DNA of 64,000 nucleotides from an uncultured Chloroflexia bacterium. GTDB lineage: Bacteria; Chloroflexota; Anaerolineae; CG2-30-64-16. Below are positions 51,173-61,986 of the stretch, one piece after another. The stretch covers positions 1,760,001 through 1,824,000 of the forward strand of contig CAWEMM010000006.1 in the NCBI GenBank assembly GCA_963810095.1. Reading direction: 5' to 3'. Numbering within the stretch: the stretch's first letter is position 1; every line of letters starts with the position of its first letter. Both the position numbers and the translations under genes were made by a program. A model generated the notes under the pieces. The model did not search any database. It saw nothing but the letters and a program-made list of their open reading frames with translations, and was not told the DNA's origin.

Positions 51173-52450
51173 ATGGCGACACCCTGGAAGAGTCGTTACG
51201 CTCAGCGCAACCAGCGCATGAGCCGCTCGATTATTCGCGAGCTGCTTAAGTTCACACAGCAGCCGGACGTCATTTCGTTTGCCGGTGGCCTGCCCGCCCC
51301 TGAGTTGTTCCCGAAGGAAGAAGCGCAGGAAGCCGCCTGCCGGATGATCAGCGAGTACGGCGAGAAAGCGCTGCAATACGGCCCCACCGAGGGCCACATG
51401 CCGCTCCGGCGGTGGATCAGCGAACGGATGGTCCGTTACGGCATCCAGGCCGAGGCGGACAACGTCTTTATCACGACGGGCTCACAGCAGGCGCTGGACC
51501 TGATCGGCAAGTTACTCGTTAACCCGGGCGACCAGGTGCTGGTGGAGGAGCCCACGTACATGGGTGCGCTCCAGGCGTGGAATGCGTACCAGGCGGAATA
51601 CGCGGCCGTGCCCATCGACGATCACGGGCTGCGGACGGAGCTGCTGGAGGGCGCGCTTCGGGTTGGGCCGAAGTTCATGTACGTTTTGCCGAACTTTCAG
51701 AACCCAGGTGGCACGACTCTCTCCCTCGACAGGCGTCTCGAACTGGTCCGGTTGGCGAACAAGTACGGCATTCCGATCGTGGAAGATGATCCATACGGCG
51801 CATTGCGCTTTGAGGGCGAGCACCTGCCGCCCCTCGTGGCGCTGGATGCCGACTTCCAGGCGGGCGTGGGGCTGAATGGCCACGGCTTCATGGAAGGGAA
51901 CGTCATCTATCTGGGTACGTTCTCAAAGACGCTGGCACCCGGGCTGCGCCTCGGCTGGGTGGTTGCGCCAGTGGAGGTCATCGACCGTCTCGTCATGGCC
52001 AAACAGGGCACCGACCTGCAAACGTCGACGTTCGATCAGATGCTGGCCTGGGAAATGCTGAAAACAGGGTTCCTAGACGATCACATCAAGTTGATCCGCA
52101 AGGTCTACGGCGAGCGGCGGAACGTGATGATTGCGGCGATGGAGAAGTATTTCCCCGAGGGCTGTTCGTGGACGCTCCCTCAGGGCGGGCTGTTTCTGTG
52201 GGCACGCGTCCCCGAATGGATGGACACGGAGCCGCTGCTGCAGGAAGCCGTCCAGGCAAAGGTGGCTTTCGTGCCGGGATTTGCCTTTTACACCACCGCC
52301 GAGCGCGGACGGAACACGATGCGTCTCAATTTCTCGAACGCGCAGCCCGAGCAGATCGAAGAAGGCATTCGGCGGCTGGGCTTGCTGTTGCAGGCCAAGG
52401 TCACAGAACATAACCGGATGATGCAGAGGCCGGAGTTGACCCCGGCCTAA
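51173..52450 (+). CDS. PLP-dependent aminotransferase class I/II (LysN/aromatic-aminoadipate type)
   Basis: ISFAGGLPAPELFP, PNFQNPGG, EDDPY and GTFSKTLAPGLRLGW. Confidence 0.92.
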   Translation: MATPWKSRYAQRNQRMSRSIIRELLKFTQQPDVISFAGGLPAPELFPKEEAQEAACRMISEYGEKALQYGPTEGHMPLRRWISERMVRYGIQAEADNVFITTGSQQALDLIGKLLVNPGDQVLVEEPTYMGALQAWNAYQAEYAAVPIDDHGLRTELLEGALRVGPKFMYVLPNFQNPGGTTLSLDRRLELVRLANKYGIPIVEDDPYGALRFEGEHLPPLVALDADFQAGVGLNGHGFMEGNVIYLGTFSKTLAPGLRLGWVVAPVEVIDRLVMAKQGTDLQTSTFDQMLAWEMLKTGFLDDHIKLIRKVYGERRNVMIAAMEKYFPEGCSWTLPQGGLFLWARVPEWMDTEPLLQEAVQAKVAFVPGFAFYTTAERGRNTMRLNFSNAQPEQIEEGIRRLGLLLQAKVTEHNRMMQRPELTPA

Positions 52451-52481
52451 GTGGACAGCCCTTTCATAGGAGCATTTTTGT

Positions 52482-52928
52482 ATGGAACGAACGCGCGTGC
52501 GTGACATCATGACCAGCCCGGCCCTGACAATCGGACCGGATACTGCCGTCCCCGCGGCCATCGCGCTGATGCGGCAGCATAACATCCGTCACCTGCCGGT
52601 GGTGGAGAGCGGGCGCCTGGTCGGCATGATCAGCCGGGGCGACCTGCGCGAAGCGTCCATCACCGCCAGCATCAACGCCGACCAGTACGAGCTGCACTTC
52701 CTGCTCAACAAGCTGACGGTGGCCAATCTGATGTCGCGCAAGGTCCATACCGTGACGGCCGATGCGTTCGTGGTTCACGCTGCCGAGGTGATGACCGACA
52801 ACAAGATCGCCGGCCTGCCCGTGGTGGACGAGAAGGGCGCGGTGATCGGCATTGTCACCGAGTCGGATTTGCTGCGAATGCTGGTGGCGAAGCTGGGTGA
52901 AACTGAAGATGAGAGCGTAGTAGGATAG
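52482..52928 (+). CDS. CBS-domain protein (AcuB-like)
   Basis: Tandem CBS pair; paralog of 45659-46096. Confidence 0.9.
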   Translation: MERTRVRDIMTSPALTIGPDTAVPAAIALMRQHNIRHLPVVESGRLVGMISRGDLREASITASINADQYELHFLLNKLTVANLMSRKVHTVTADAFVVHAAEVMTDNKIAGLPVVDEKGAVIGIVTESDLLRMLVAKLGETEDESVVG

Positions 52929-52945
52929 GACAGGCTCTCGGAGAT

Positions 52946-52976
52946 CAAAGGGGCGGCCGCGCGGCCGCCCCTTTTG
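52946..52976. terminator. Bidirectional terminator
   Basis: CAAAGGGGCGGCCGCGCGGCCGCCCCTTTTG palindrome between convergent genes. Confidence 0.8.
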
Positions 52977-52979
52977 CGT

Positions 52980-53984
52980 CTACTGGAACCGCCGCCAGTC
53001 TGCGAGCATCTCGGCCTCGCGTTCGGGAGTCAGGCCCGACTCGATGCCCATGCGGCTCTGCGGGCGTGCGCCGGGCGGCAGTGTGTGCATCCAGGCCAGC
53101 GTGTCGCGGGCAGTGTCTGCGAGCGGCCGGTAGGTGAGTCCTGCGCCAAGCGCCCTTTGCACGTCCACCCGGAAGAAGTAGCGGTACTCGGGCGGCACCC
53201 ACAAGGGTACGCCGTCGAGCGGCTGCACACCCTGACCCACCAGGAACTCGTCCGAAGCCCATACAAGGTTGGGTCGGGCTTCCGCCACCGTTGCGACTGT
53301 GGCCAACACATCGCCGAGCGAAAGCGGCACGAGCGGGCCGGTAGTGTTGAAAACACCCGAGACCTTCGTCTCGGCACAATGCAGCGCCCACGCTGCAATA
53401 TCGCGGCCGTCGATCAACTGCACCGGACTGGCGGGGCTGCCGGGCGCAAGGACGTCGCCGCCTTGCGGGATGCGGCGGAGCCAGTAGGGGAAGCGGTTGA
53501 GCGGATCGTAGGGGCCAACGATCAGCCCCGCTCGAATAATGTGCGAACGGCCCGGCAGCGCGCCGAGCACGCCGTCTTCGCAGAGTGCCTTGAGCGCGCC
53601 GTAGGTCCCCCCCGTTACTTCCTCCACGTTGGGATCGTCCAAGCTCTCTAACGGCGAGTTTTCGTCTACGGGCACGGAGAAGTCGTGATACACCGACAGG
53701 CTGGAGATGAAGACATAGTGGCCCACTGAGCCGGACAGCATTTCGGCGGAGGCCTTGACGACCCGCGGTACGTACCCGCTTGTGTCGACGGCCACGTCCC
53801 ACGAACGCCCCCGCAATGCGCTCAAGTCGCTCGCCCGGTCGCCCAGGAGTTTTTCGACTTCGGGGTACAGGTCCGGGTTCGTCTTTCCGCGATTAAAGAG
53901 CGTGACCCTGTGGCCCTGGCCGAGCGCCGTCTCGACAAAATGGCGTCCCAGGAATTGCGTTCCGCCGATGATCAGGACCTTCAT
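52980..53984 (-). CDS. NAD-dependent epimerase/dehydratase (atypical SDR)
   Basis: IIGGTQFLG, FNRG, YGALKALCE and QLIDGRD. Confidence 0.88.
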   Translation of the reverse strand: MKVLIIGGTQFLGRHFVETALGQGHRVTLFNRGKTNPDLYPEVEKLLGDRASDLSALRGRSWDVAVDTSGYVPRVVKASAEMLSGSVGHYVFISSLSVYHDFSVPVDENSPLESLDDPNVEEVTGGTYGALKALCEDGVLGALPGRSHIIRAGLIVGPYDPLNRFPYWLRRIPQGGDVLAPGSPASPVQLIDGRDIAAWALHCAETKVSGVFNTTGPLVPLSLGDVLATVATVAEARPNLVWASDEFLVGQGVQPLDGVPLWVPPEYRYFFRVDVQRALGAGLTYRPLADTARDTLAWMHTLPPGARPQSRMGIESGLTPEREAEMLADWRRFQ

Positions 53985-54117
53985 CCCCACCTCCCACCGT
54001 CTCACAACTCGCCCAATCGTATCCGCACGCAGCGCCAGCAGAGGTAAGGCAGGCTCCAGTCGCCCTGCGCGTCACGCCTCGGGGCGGTAGAGCACTGCGC
54101 CATCGATATCTCCTCAC

Positions 54118-54143
54118 GGAACTTTTCCAATCGCCCCTCGTCT
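54118..54143 (+). promoter_or_regulatory. ECF sigma-type promoter for the META lipoprotein
   Basis: GGAAC-N16-CGTC 22 nt upstream of the start codon. Confidence 0.5.
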
Positions 54144-54164
54144 CAAACGGTAGGAGGTTGCCCA

Positions 54165-55010
54165 ATGAATACCCATTTGCATCGCTCGTTGATCATCGTG
54201 TTGGTTCTCGCACTGTTCACTGTGATTCTGGCCGCTTGTTTTCCCCCCACCGGCCTGCCCACGGGCAGCACATCCGGCGGTCCGACCGCCTCTGCCACCG
54301 GGACGGGCTCTTCGTCGATGAACACCATCGAGGGAGATTGGCAGCTGGTGACCGTTGGCGGAGTGCCGGCGGTGCCGGGCTCGGAAGCGACCATGCTGCT
54401 TGGCGGAGGCCGCGTGACCGGCAGCACCGGCTGTAACCGCTACACCGGGTCCTACACGTTGAGCGGCACGGACGGCATCAAGTTCGGCCAGCTTGCATCG
54501 ACCATGATCGCATGCGCCGGCGCGGTGATGGTGCAGGAGCAGGCATTCAACGCGGCGTTGGCCGCGACTACTACCTACTCGCTCTCTGGCACTGCCTTGA
54601 CCTTCAGGGACACGGCGGGCAAGGAGTTGGCGACGTTTCAACCGCGCGCCTCTGCCGCGCTGACCGGCACGACGTGGGTCGCGCTCGGCATCAACAACGG
54701 CAAGCAGGCCGTGCAGTCGGCGATTTCGGGGACGGAAGTGACGGCCGTGTTCGGCACCGACGGCACGCTCAGCGGCAAGGCGGGCTGCAACACGTACACT
54801 GCCGCGTACACTGTCGACGGCGGCAAGATGACGATCAAGGCGCCGGCGAGCACGCGGATGTTCTGCGCCGAGCCCGCAGGCGTCATGGAGCAGGAGGCGG
54901 CTTATCTCGCCGCGTTGGAGAAGGTCGCCACGTACAGCATCGACGGCAACCGCCTCGAGCTGCGGGCGGCAGATGGCGCGCTGCAGGCGGACTACACCGC
55001 GCAGCAGTAA
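54165..55010 (+). CDS. Lipoprotein with two META (HslJ-like) domains
   Basis: LAAC lipobox; two G.(T/A)GCN.Y...ST.(M/I).C repeats. Confidence 0.88.
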   Translation: MNTHLHRSLIIVLVLALFTVILAACFPPTGLPTGSTSGGPTASATGTGSSSMNTIEGDWQLVTVGGVPAVPGSEATMLLGGGRVTGSTGCNRYTGSYTLSGTDGIKFGQLASTMIACAGAVMVQEQAFNAALAATTTYSLSGTALTFRDTAGKELATFQPRASAALTGTTWVALGINNGKQAVQSAISGTEVTAVFGTDGTLSGKAGCNTYTAAYTVDGGKMTIKAPASTRMFCAEPAGVMEQEAAYLAALEKVATYSIDGNRLELRAADGALQADYTAQQ

Positions 55011-55052
55011 CGCGGGCGCATAACCCTCGCTCGGCCTTGGCCGAGCCGCACG

Positions 55053-55088
55053 GGCCTTCGGGTTTCAGCTGAGACCCGAAGGCCTTTT
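55053..55088 (+). terminator. Hairpin/REP-like terminator
   Basis: GGCCTTCGGGTTTC-AGCT-GAGACCCGAAGGCC-TTTT. Confidence 0.7.
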
Positions 55089-55106
55089 GTAAAGCGAGGC
55101 GGGCAG

Positions 55107-55736
55107 ATGAAGTCGTATGATTACTCGACGCGGCAGGGGATTCTCCCGGTTTCGTGGGAAGACTTCCACGGCTTGTGTATCGCGTTGGCGCTTTCAGTCG
55201 AGCCCTTTCGGCCCGAGCTGATCTTGCCCGTGGGACGGGGAGGCTACTACCCGGGCGCGCTGCTCTCGCACCTGCTGCAGGCTGAGGTGTATCCCGTACG
55301 GCTGTCTCGCCGCATGAACGACGTGGTCCAGCACGACACCCCGCGGTGGCTGCAGGAGCCGCCGACCCTGGTCGCGGGGCGCCGCGTGCTGGTGGTCGAC
55401 GAGATCAGCAGCAGCGGCGAGACCCTCCGCATGGTGCGCAGGCAGGTGCTGGAGCTGGGCGCGGCCGAGGTCCGCAGCGCGGTGTTGTATGCACATACGT
55501 GGGGCGTAGCCGAGCCCGACTACATCGGGCTGATCAGCGACGCACTTCTGATCAACCCTTGGGACAGGGAAATTGTGCGCAATGGCGTGCTCCAGGCGCA
55601 TCCGGAATACGTGGCCGCGCTTGCGCAGCAGGGGCTTGCGCAGCAAGGGCTGGCACCAGACCGGTTCCTCTTGATTCCGGCCACGCCGTTCGAGGTGGCC
55701 AAGCGCCCCGAGCCAGGGGTAGGCGCCGCCGCCTAG
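55107..55736 (+). CDS. Type I phosphoribosyltransferase (Gpt-like)
   Basis: VGRGG and RVLVVDEISSSGETL PRPP loop; LINPW. Confidence 0.85.
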   Translation: MKSYDYSTRQGILPVSWEDFHGLCIALALSVEPFRPELILPVGRGGYYPGALLSHLLQAEVYPVRLSRRMNDVVQHDTPRWLQEPPTLVAGRRVLVVDEISSSGETLRMVRRQVLELGAAEVRSAVLYAHTWGVAEPDYIGLISDALLINPWDREIVRNGVLQAHPEYVAALAQQGLAQQGLAPDRFLLIPATPFEVAKRPEPGVGAAA

Positions 55737-55738
55737 GG

Positions 55739-56305
55739 CTAAGCGAGCAGTTCCGCCGCCATGCGCCGGGCTAACGCCTCGGCACGCGGCGCGTCCTGCA
55801 AGGGCGAGGAGCAGTCGTCCAGCACGTACATCCCCGCAACCACGCCACCCGTGTAGTCCATCTGCCGTTGGAACATGGGCAGCGTGAGGTCGGCATTGTC
55901 GGCCGCGCCCCCGCCGCACGTCAGCAGCAGCGCGCTGCGCACGCCCGCCAGCAAGCGTGCGGCCACTTCTCCGGACTCCCACTTTACCGTGCAATAGTGG
56001 CGGTCGATGAGCGCCTTCATCTGGGCAGGGACGTTCCAGCAGTAAACGCCGGCCGCGTAAACCGCCAGGTCCGCCTGCCGCACCTGTCGCAAGATGTCTT
56101 CGCACTCGTCCGCCTGCGCGCAGCTGAAATCAGCCAGGTCGCCCTGGCACGCGTCACAGCCCAGGCATCCCCCAACCTCGTAATCCACGAGGTTCACCCG
56201 GGTCACCGTATGCGCCGCGCCGGTGACGAGCTTCTCGAACCTGCTCAGCACGGCATCGGTATTGCCGTGCTTTCTCGGGCTGCCCAGAATGGTAAGTACG
56301 TGCAT
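55739..56305 (-). CDS. Flavodoxin-fold iron-sulfur flavoprotein / FMN reductase
   Basis: GSPRKHGNT, CLGCDAC....C.Q.D and KALIDR. Confidence 0.87.
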   Translation of the reverse strand: MHVLTILGSPRKHGNTDAVLSRFEKLVTGAAHTVTRVNLVDYEVGGCLGCDACQGDLADFSCAQADECEDILRQVRQADLAVYAAGVYCWNVPAQMKALIDRHYCTVKWESGEVAARLLAGVRSALLLTCGGGAADNADLTLPMFQRQMDYTGGVVAGMYVLDDCSSPLQDAPRAEALARRMAAELLA

Positions 56306-56367
56306 GGTATACTTCCTCGGATTGATTCTGTCGTCAATCGGGCGGATAGCCGTTTGGGAGTTGCGTT

Positions 56368-56904
56368 ATGTTGATAGCTACGATTGAGGGCGGCGTTGAG
56401 TTGCGCTTGTTGGAGCTGCGTCACGCGGCCGAATACTACCGGCTGGTGGCCGACAATTACGACCGGCTCTACTGGCTGCCGAGCGAGCCTACCCCCGAAA
56501 GCACGGAGCGCCGGTTGCGCGCCGGCCTGGTCCGGTTTGCCGAGGGGACGGGCATCGACGCGGGGATCTGGGATCACGGTGCGCTGGTGGGCTTCATCGG
56601 CCTGTTCGACATCGATCCTTCGTTCCTCAGCGCGGAAATGGGCTACTGGGTTGACAAGAGCGTCCAGGGACGCGGATTCGTCACCCGGGCCGCGCAAGTC
56701 ATGCTCAAGTACGCCTTCGAAGAGTTGAAACTGCACCGGGTTGAGCTGCGCTGCGCCGCCACGAATGAGCGCAGCATGTCGGTGGCACAGCGGCTGGGTT
56801 TTCGGCTGGAGGGCCGGCTGGTCAAGGCCGATCGCATCGGGAGCGAATGGGTTGATTTTCTGATTTACGGCCTGCTCGAAGAGGAGTGGGCGTCTCACGC
56901 TTAG
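56368..56904 (+). CDS. RimL/YdaF-type GNAT acetyltransferase
   Basis: EMGYW...QGRG and N.RS..VAQRLGF.LEG. Confidence 0.88.
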   Translation: MLIATIEGGVELRLLELRHAAEYYRLVADNYDRLYWLPSEPTPESTERRLRAGLVRFAEGTGIDAGIWDHGALVGFIGLFDIDPSFLSAEMGYWVDKSVQGRGFVTRAAQVMLKYAFEELKLHRVELRCAATNERSMSVAQRLGFRLEGRLVKADRIGSEWVDFLIYGLLEEEWASHA

Positions 56905-57989
56905 GAGAGGGTTTCTTCCGGCCCTTTCCGGTGCCCATTGACGTACTTGCCGGCAGGCTGGCGGGCGGCCCACACCAGGACGGCGAAGGCAGCCGCGCCC
57001 AACACTGCGAGTGCGATCACCTTATAGACCCGATTTTCGAGCAGCAGTGCGAGTGCACCGAAGATCGCGCAGAATGCGTAGTAGGCCAGGACAATCTGGC
57101 GCTGCGTGAAGCCGATGTCGAGCAGCCGGTGGTGCAGGTGGTCCCGGCCGTTGTGGCCCGGATGGCCGTGGTTGCGCGTCCGGTTGTAGATGAGCCACGC
57201 CACGTCGAGGATGGGAAGGCCCATGGCCAACAGGACCGTGGCCACCTTCGCGCCGCCGATAATCCCCAGCGCAGCCACTGCCCACCCCAGGAAGTACGAT
57301 CCGCCGCTCCCCATGAAGATCTTGGCCGGGTTGAAGTTGTACGGCAGGAAGCCGAGCGCGGCGCCCACCAGCGCCAGCGGCAGCAGCGCGACGCTGAACT
57401 GGCCCTCGCGCAGCATGTGGATGCAGATGAAGGCGGCGACGATGGCCGAGACGCCCGCGGCCAGCCCATCGAGCCCGTCGAGCCAGTTCACCGTGTTCAT
57501 CATGCCGGTGAACCAGAAGACGGTCAGCAGGCCCACGATGTACCAGGGGAAAACGATCTGTTCGTTCGTGAATGGGTTATTGACCTTCTGAATCCAGATC
57601 GTAAAGGCCAGGCCGAGCAGCGCCGCGAAAAACTGGCCGACGTACTGCTGGCGGCTGGTTAGCTCCAGCCGGTCGTCCACGAGGCCAAAGATGAAGATGG
57701 CGGTGACGCCGATGAGCAGCCCGGTCAGCCGGGTTAGTTCGCCGGGGTCGAGCCGCGGGGGGAACATGCGGGTGGGCAGAAAGAGGGTGAGCAGCACGGC
57801 TGCGACGAAGCCGGCATACATGGCCACGCCCCCGGTGCGCGGGATCGCGCCGCGGTGTTTCCGCCGCCCGCCCGGCCGGTCCTGCACGTCGAGCCTGCGC
57901 CCGACGCGCCGCGCGATGGGCGTAACGCCCAGCGCGATCAGGAACGCGACGGCGAAGACGAGCAGGAATCCGGGCAGGTAGGATGGCAT
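56901..57989 (-). CDS. MraY/WecA-TagO family UDP-GlcNAc:undecaprenyl-P transferase
   Basis: PRTGG, GLVDD, NWLDGLDGLA, IFMG and DHLHHRL. Confidence 0.9.
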   Translation of the reverse strand: MPSYLPGFLLVFAVAFLIALGVTPIARRVGRRLDVQDRPGGRRKHRGAIPRTGGVAMYAGFVAAVLLTLFLPTRMFPPRLDPGELTRLTGLLIGVTAIFIFGLVDDRLELTSRQQYVGQFFAALLGLAFTIWIQKVNNPFTNEQIVFPWYIVGLLTVFWFTGMMNTVNWLDGLDGLAAGVSAIVAAFICIHMLREGQFSVALLPLALVGAALGFLPYNFNPAKIFMGSGGSYFLGWAVAALGIIGGAKVATVLLAMGLPILDVAWLIYNRTRNHGHPGHNGRDHLHHRLLDIGFTQRQIVLAYYAFCAIFGALALLLENRVYKVIALAVLGAAAFAVLVWAARQPAGKYVNGHRKGPEETLS

Positions 57990-58070
57990 GGTGGGATGTG
58001 GTCGTCGGGGCGAGGCATTCGGCAGCGGCAATCGGTCGCCGGTGCCAGATGCCTCGCCCCTACACGTGCG

Positions 58071-59414
58071 TTACGGCCGCAGGCGGCCGAGCATTCTCGG
58101 GAAGGCGATGGTTTCGCGGATGTGGTCGAGCCCGCAGATCCACGACACCGTGCGCTCGACGCCGAGGCCGAAACCACTATGCGGGACCGAGCCATATCTG
58201 CGCAGGTCGATGTACCACTGGTACGCCTCCCGCGGCAGCTCGTGCCGGTCGATCGCGGCGAGCAGCACTTCCGGGTCGCTCATGCGCTCGGAGCCGCCGA
58301 TGATTTCGCCGTAGCCCTCTGGCGCGAGAAGGTCGGACGAGCGGCACACCTCGGGGCGCCCCGGCTCCGGCTCCATGTAGAATGCCTTCACCGCAGTAGG
58401 GTAGTGATGGACGAAGACAGGCTTGTCGAACTGGCCGGCGATGTAGGTCTCGTGCGGCGAACCGAAGTCGCCGCCCCACTCGATGGGCGGCAGCGGGTCG
58501 TCGTTCGGAGGCACGGTCACGCCCTGGGCCGACGCCGCGTTGATCATCTCCACGGCCTTGTCGTAGCTGATACGGTGGAACGGAGCGACGACCCGCTCCA
58601 GGTGCGATGTGTCACGTTCCAGCAGCTTGAGTTCGGCCGCCCGCTCGCGCAGCGTGGTCTGGACGATGTAGCTGACGTACTGCTCTTCGATCTCCAGCAG
58701 TTGTTCGAGCTTGCAGAAGGCGATCTCGGGCTCGACCATCCAGAATTCCTGCAGATGGCGGCGCGTCTTCGACTTCTCGGCGCGGAAGGTCGGCCCGAAG
58801 CAGTAGACCTTACCGAAAGCGAAGATGTTCGCCTCGTTGTAGAGCTGGCCGGTCTGCGCGAGAAACGCGTCTTCGCCGTGAAAGTCGGTTTTGAAGAGAG
58901 TCGTCGTGCCTTCGGCCGCCGACGGGGTGAGGATGGGTGTGTCGACGAGGATGAAGCCGTTATCGTCCAGCCAATCGCGCATGGCCTTGATGATGGTCGC
59001 GCGGATGCGGAGGATGGCCCACTGGCGAGAGGAGCGCAGCCACAAGTGCCGGTTGTCCATCAGGAACTCGACGCCGTGCTCCTTGGGAGCGATGGGGAAT
59101 TCCTCGGACTCCTGGACGGCCTGGAGGTCGGTGACGTCCAACTCGAAGCCGCCCGGCACGCCCGGCGCACGTTCGTCGGCCCGCACGTTGCCGGTGACGA
59201 CCAGCGAGGATTCGAGCGGCAGCCGCTTGGCCGCCTCAAAGACCTCTTCCGAGACGTTGCCCTTGAAGATGACGGCCTGGATGAAGCCGGTGCCGTCGCG
59301 TAAGCGCAGGAACTGCAGCTTGCCTTTGCCGGTCTTGAGTTGCAGCCAGCCCTGGAGGGTGACCTGTTCGCCGGCGTGCCCGGCGACGTCCTCGATACGG
59401 ATGATCTCAGCCAT
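58071..59414 (-). CDS. asnS: Asparagine--tRNA ligase
   Basis: [27 protein letters not shown] and GFGLGVER. Confidence 0.95.
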   Translation of the reverse strand: MAEIIRIEDVAGHAGEQVTLQGWLQLKTGKGKLQFLRLRDGTGFIQAVIFKGNVSEEVFEAAKRLPLESSLVVTGNVRADERAPGVPGGFELDVTDLQAVQESEEFPIAPKEHGVEFLMDNRHLWLRSSRQWAILRIRATIIKAMRDWLDDNGFILVDTPILTPSAAEGTTTLFKTDFHGEDAFLAQTGQLYNEANIFAFGKVYCFGPTFRAEKSKTRRHLQEFWMVEPEIAFCKLEQLLEIEEQYVSYIVQTTLRERAAELKLLERDTSHLERVVAPFHRISYDKAVEMINAASAQGVTVPPNDDPLPPIEWGGDFGSPHETYIAGQFDKPVFVHHYPTAVKAFYMEPEPGRPEVCRSSDLLAPEGYGEIIGGSERMSDPEVLLAAIDRHELPREAYQWYIDLRRYGSVPHSGFGLGVERTVSWICGLDHIRETIAFPRMLGRLRP

Positions 59415-59513
59415 GAGTGCTCCGCGAATGAAGGGTGTTGCGTCGCACGACGCGTGTGAGACGGAACGTGCGAGATTTAACAGACGGGATTATATCACGG
59501 GCTGCGGATGCTG

Positions 59514-60864
59514 TCACACCCGTTCCACCCGGACGCGCTCGATCTTGGGTCCCTCCATCTTTATGACGGTCAAGCGGATGTTGCGGTCGGGTCCGGGGTG
59601 CTCGTACAGCAGGTAGTCGCCCACTTTGGGGATGCGCCGCCATTGAAATAGGAGGAAGCCCGCCACGGTCTCGTAGTCGGGCGCGGTGGGAAGATCTGTG
59701 CCGAGAAGCTCGTTGACCTCGTCGACGCGCGTCTGCGCGTCGATGTCGTAGACATCCTCCCGCTCGGTGCGCACGAGCGGCGCCTCGTTCACCCATTCGT
59801 CGGTCAGCCGGCCCACCACCTCTTCGGCCAGCTCCTCCGTCGTGACGAGCCCGGCCGTCCCGCCGTACTCGTCGATTACGATCGCCATGTGCTGCCGGTC
59901 GCGGCGCATCTGGTTGAAGAGGCTGCCGATCTTGCCGCGTCTCGGGCGTCACGAGCGCGGGCTGGATCACGTCCAGCTCGGCCAGCGTGCGACTGACCGC
60001 CGACGGGTCTTCGATGACGACCGGCAGCACTTCCTTCATCGTCAGGACCCCGACGATGTGATCCAGGTCGTCATCATAAACCGGGAAGCGCGAGTGGCGT
60101 TCCTGGGTGAAGATCAGCAAGAGCTCGCCCAGCGTGCTGTCTTTCTCCACCGCGACGATGTCGGTCCGCGGGATCATCGCCTCACGCACGTACCGCTCGC
60201 TGAACTCGAGCGCGCGGACGAGCATTTGCTGCTCGCCTGCGTTGATCACGCCGCCTTGGCCGCTCTCGACCACCACGTCCTTGAGTTCCTGAACGTTGTG
60301 AATGCCATGCCCACCCGTCTCGCCCCGGATGCCAAGGAGGCGCAGCACGCCCGAGGTCGAGCGGTCGACCAGCCAGACCAACGGGGTGGCGAGTCGGGCA
60401 AACAACGTCATGGGGCGGGCGATGAACAACGCGGCCTGCGTCGGGTAACGCAGCGCGATGGTTTTCGGCGTCTGTTCGCCGATGACCATGTGGAGGAACG
60501 AAAGCAGAAGCAGCACGAGGATGGTTGCCAGGGCCGTCGCGATAGCCGGCGGGATCGAGGCTGCACCGAACACGCGCGTCAGCACCGGCGACAGCAGCGC
60601 GTTGAGCGGCTCTTCAGCCACCACGCCCAGCAGGATCGACGCAACCGTGATACCGAGCTGCGAGCCCGCGATCGCCCAATCGGTATCGGCCAGCAGATGG
60701 GTCACCTGCCGGGCAGCATGGTTGCCCTCTTCTGCCAGGCGCTCCATCTGCCCGCGGCGCACGGTGACGATGGCGAACTCGACCGTCACAAAGAACGCGT
60801 TCGCCAGGATGATCAGCACCCCGGCCAGGATGGGCCAGAGCAGACTCGCTTGCTCGTGTGGCAT
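59514..60864 (-). CDS. HlyC/CorC (CNNM) transporter; apparent frameshift near 59935
   Basis: NAFFV..EF, QLGIT, GEQTPK and HSRFPVY; IDEYGGTAG in another frame. Confidence 0.88.
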
Positions 60865-61022
60865 TTCCGGTCACTCCTCAGCGGCAGTTAACCACAGAGT
60901 GACTGTAGCGCGCAAGCGTCGCACCCCTGCGCACCCACGCGCCACTTCCCCTGCCTGCGGCCTGTCAAAGCGCGGGTCGACGGGCAACGCGGCGGGTTTC
61001 GCACTTGTGCTATACTCTCCCT

Positions 61023-61949
61023 ATGCAGCTTGGCGTTGGCACGGCCCCGGGGAAAGTAATCCTGTTCGGCGAACATGCCGTCGTCTATGGCCGGCCGGCA
61101 CTGGCCGCGCCCGTGACGCAGGTGTGCGCGACCGTGGTCGTGCAGGAAGGTGAGCCGGGACAGGGGCTCGTCATCCATGCGCTGGACCTGGCGCAGCAGG
61201 TGCGCCCGGACGAGGACGGGCATCCGCTGGCAGAGGCGGTGCGTCTGGGCCTGAAATGGCTGGGGCTGGCCGAACCAGACTGGGACGCGGATGTTTCGTC
61301 GACCATTCCCATTGCCAGCGGGCTGGGCAGCGGGGCTGCGGTCTCGGTTGCGCTGCTGCGGGGCCTCGCAGCGGCGGCCGGACGGGAGTTCTCTGCAGCG
61401 GAGGTGTCGGCCTTGGCGTACGAGGTCGAGCGTCTGCACCATGGGACGCCCAGCGGCGTCGATAACACGGTCGTCGCGTACGGCCAGCCGGTGTATTTCG
61501 TGCGTGGGCGTGCGCCGCAACCTTTCACGATCGGGCGACCGTTCCTCCTGGCGATTGGGGACACGGGCATTGCGAGCCCCACAAAGGTCGCGGTTGGCGA
61601 CGTGCGGGCGGCGTGGCAGCGTGAGCCGGAACGCTACGAAGCGCTCTTCGACCGGGTCGGGGCTATTGTGGAAGCGGCCAGAGACGCGATCTCGGAAGGC
61701 CGGCCCGAAGTGCTCGGCCCGCTGATGGACGCGAACCACGCGCTGCTCCAGCAGATCGGCGTTTCGAGCCCCGAACTGGACGCCCTGGTTTGCGCGGCGA
61801 ACGCTGCAGGCGCGGGCGGCGCGAAACTGTGCGGCGGCGGTCGCGGGGGCAACATGATCGCCCTTGTGACGCCGGACACGGCAGAGCGGGTCGCCGGGGC
61901 ACTACGGGCTGCCGGCGCAGTGCGCGTCATCGTGACGGAGATTGCATAG
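61023..61949 (+). CDS. mvk: Mevalonate kinase
   Basis: APGKVILFGEHAVVYG, PIASGLGSGAA, HGTPSGVD and GAKLCGGGRGG. Confidence 0.93.
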   Translation: MQLGVGTAPGKVILFGEHAVVYGRPALAAPVTQVCATVVVQEGEPGQGLVIHALDLAQQVRPDEDGHPLAEAVRLGLKWLGLAEPDWDADVSSTIPIASGLGSGAAVSVALLRGLAAAAGREFSAAEVSALAYEVERLHHGTPSGVDNTVVAYGQPVYFVRGRAPQPFTIGRPFLLAIGDTGIASPTKVAVGDVRAAWQREPERYEALFDRVGAIVEAARDAISEGRPEVLGPLMDANHALLQQIGVSSPELDALVCAANAAGAGGAKLCGGGRGGNMIALVTPDTAERVAGALRAAGAVRVIVTEIA

Positions 61950-61986
61950 CGACCGCGCGAAGTAGCCACAGCGCGAAGAAGGAAGC

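Noticed and set aside
55620-55650. 15-nt duplication (LAQQG x2) in the phosphoribosyltransferase
   Set aside because: Small in-frame slippage in a C-terminal tail with no wider pattern.
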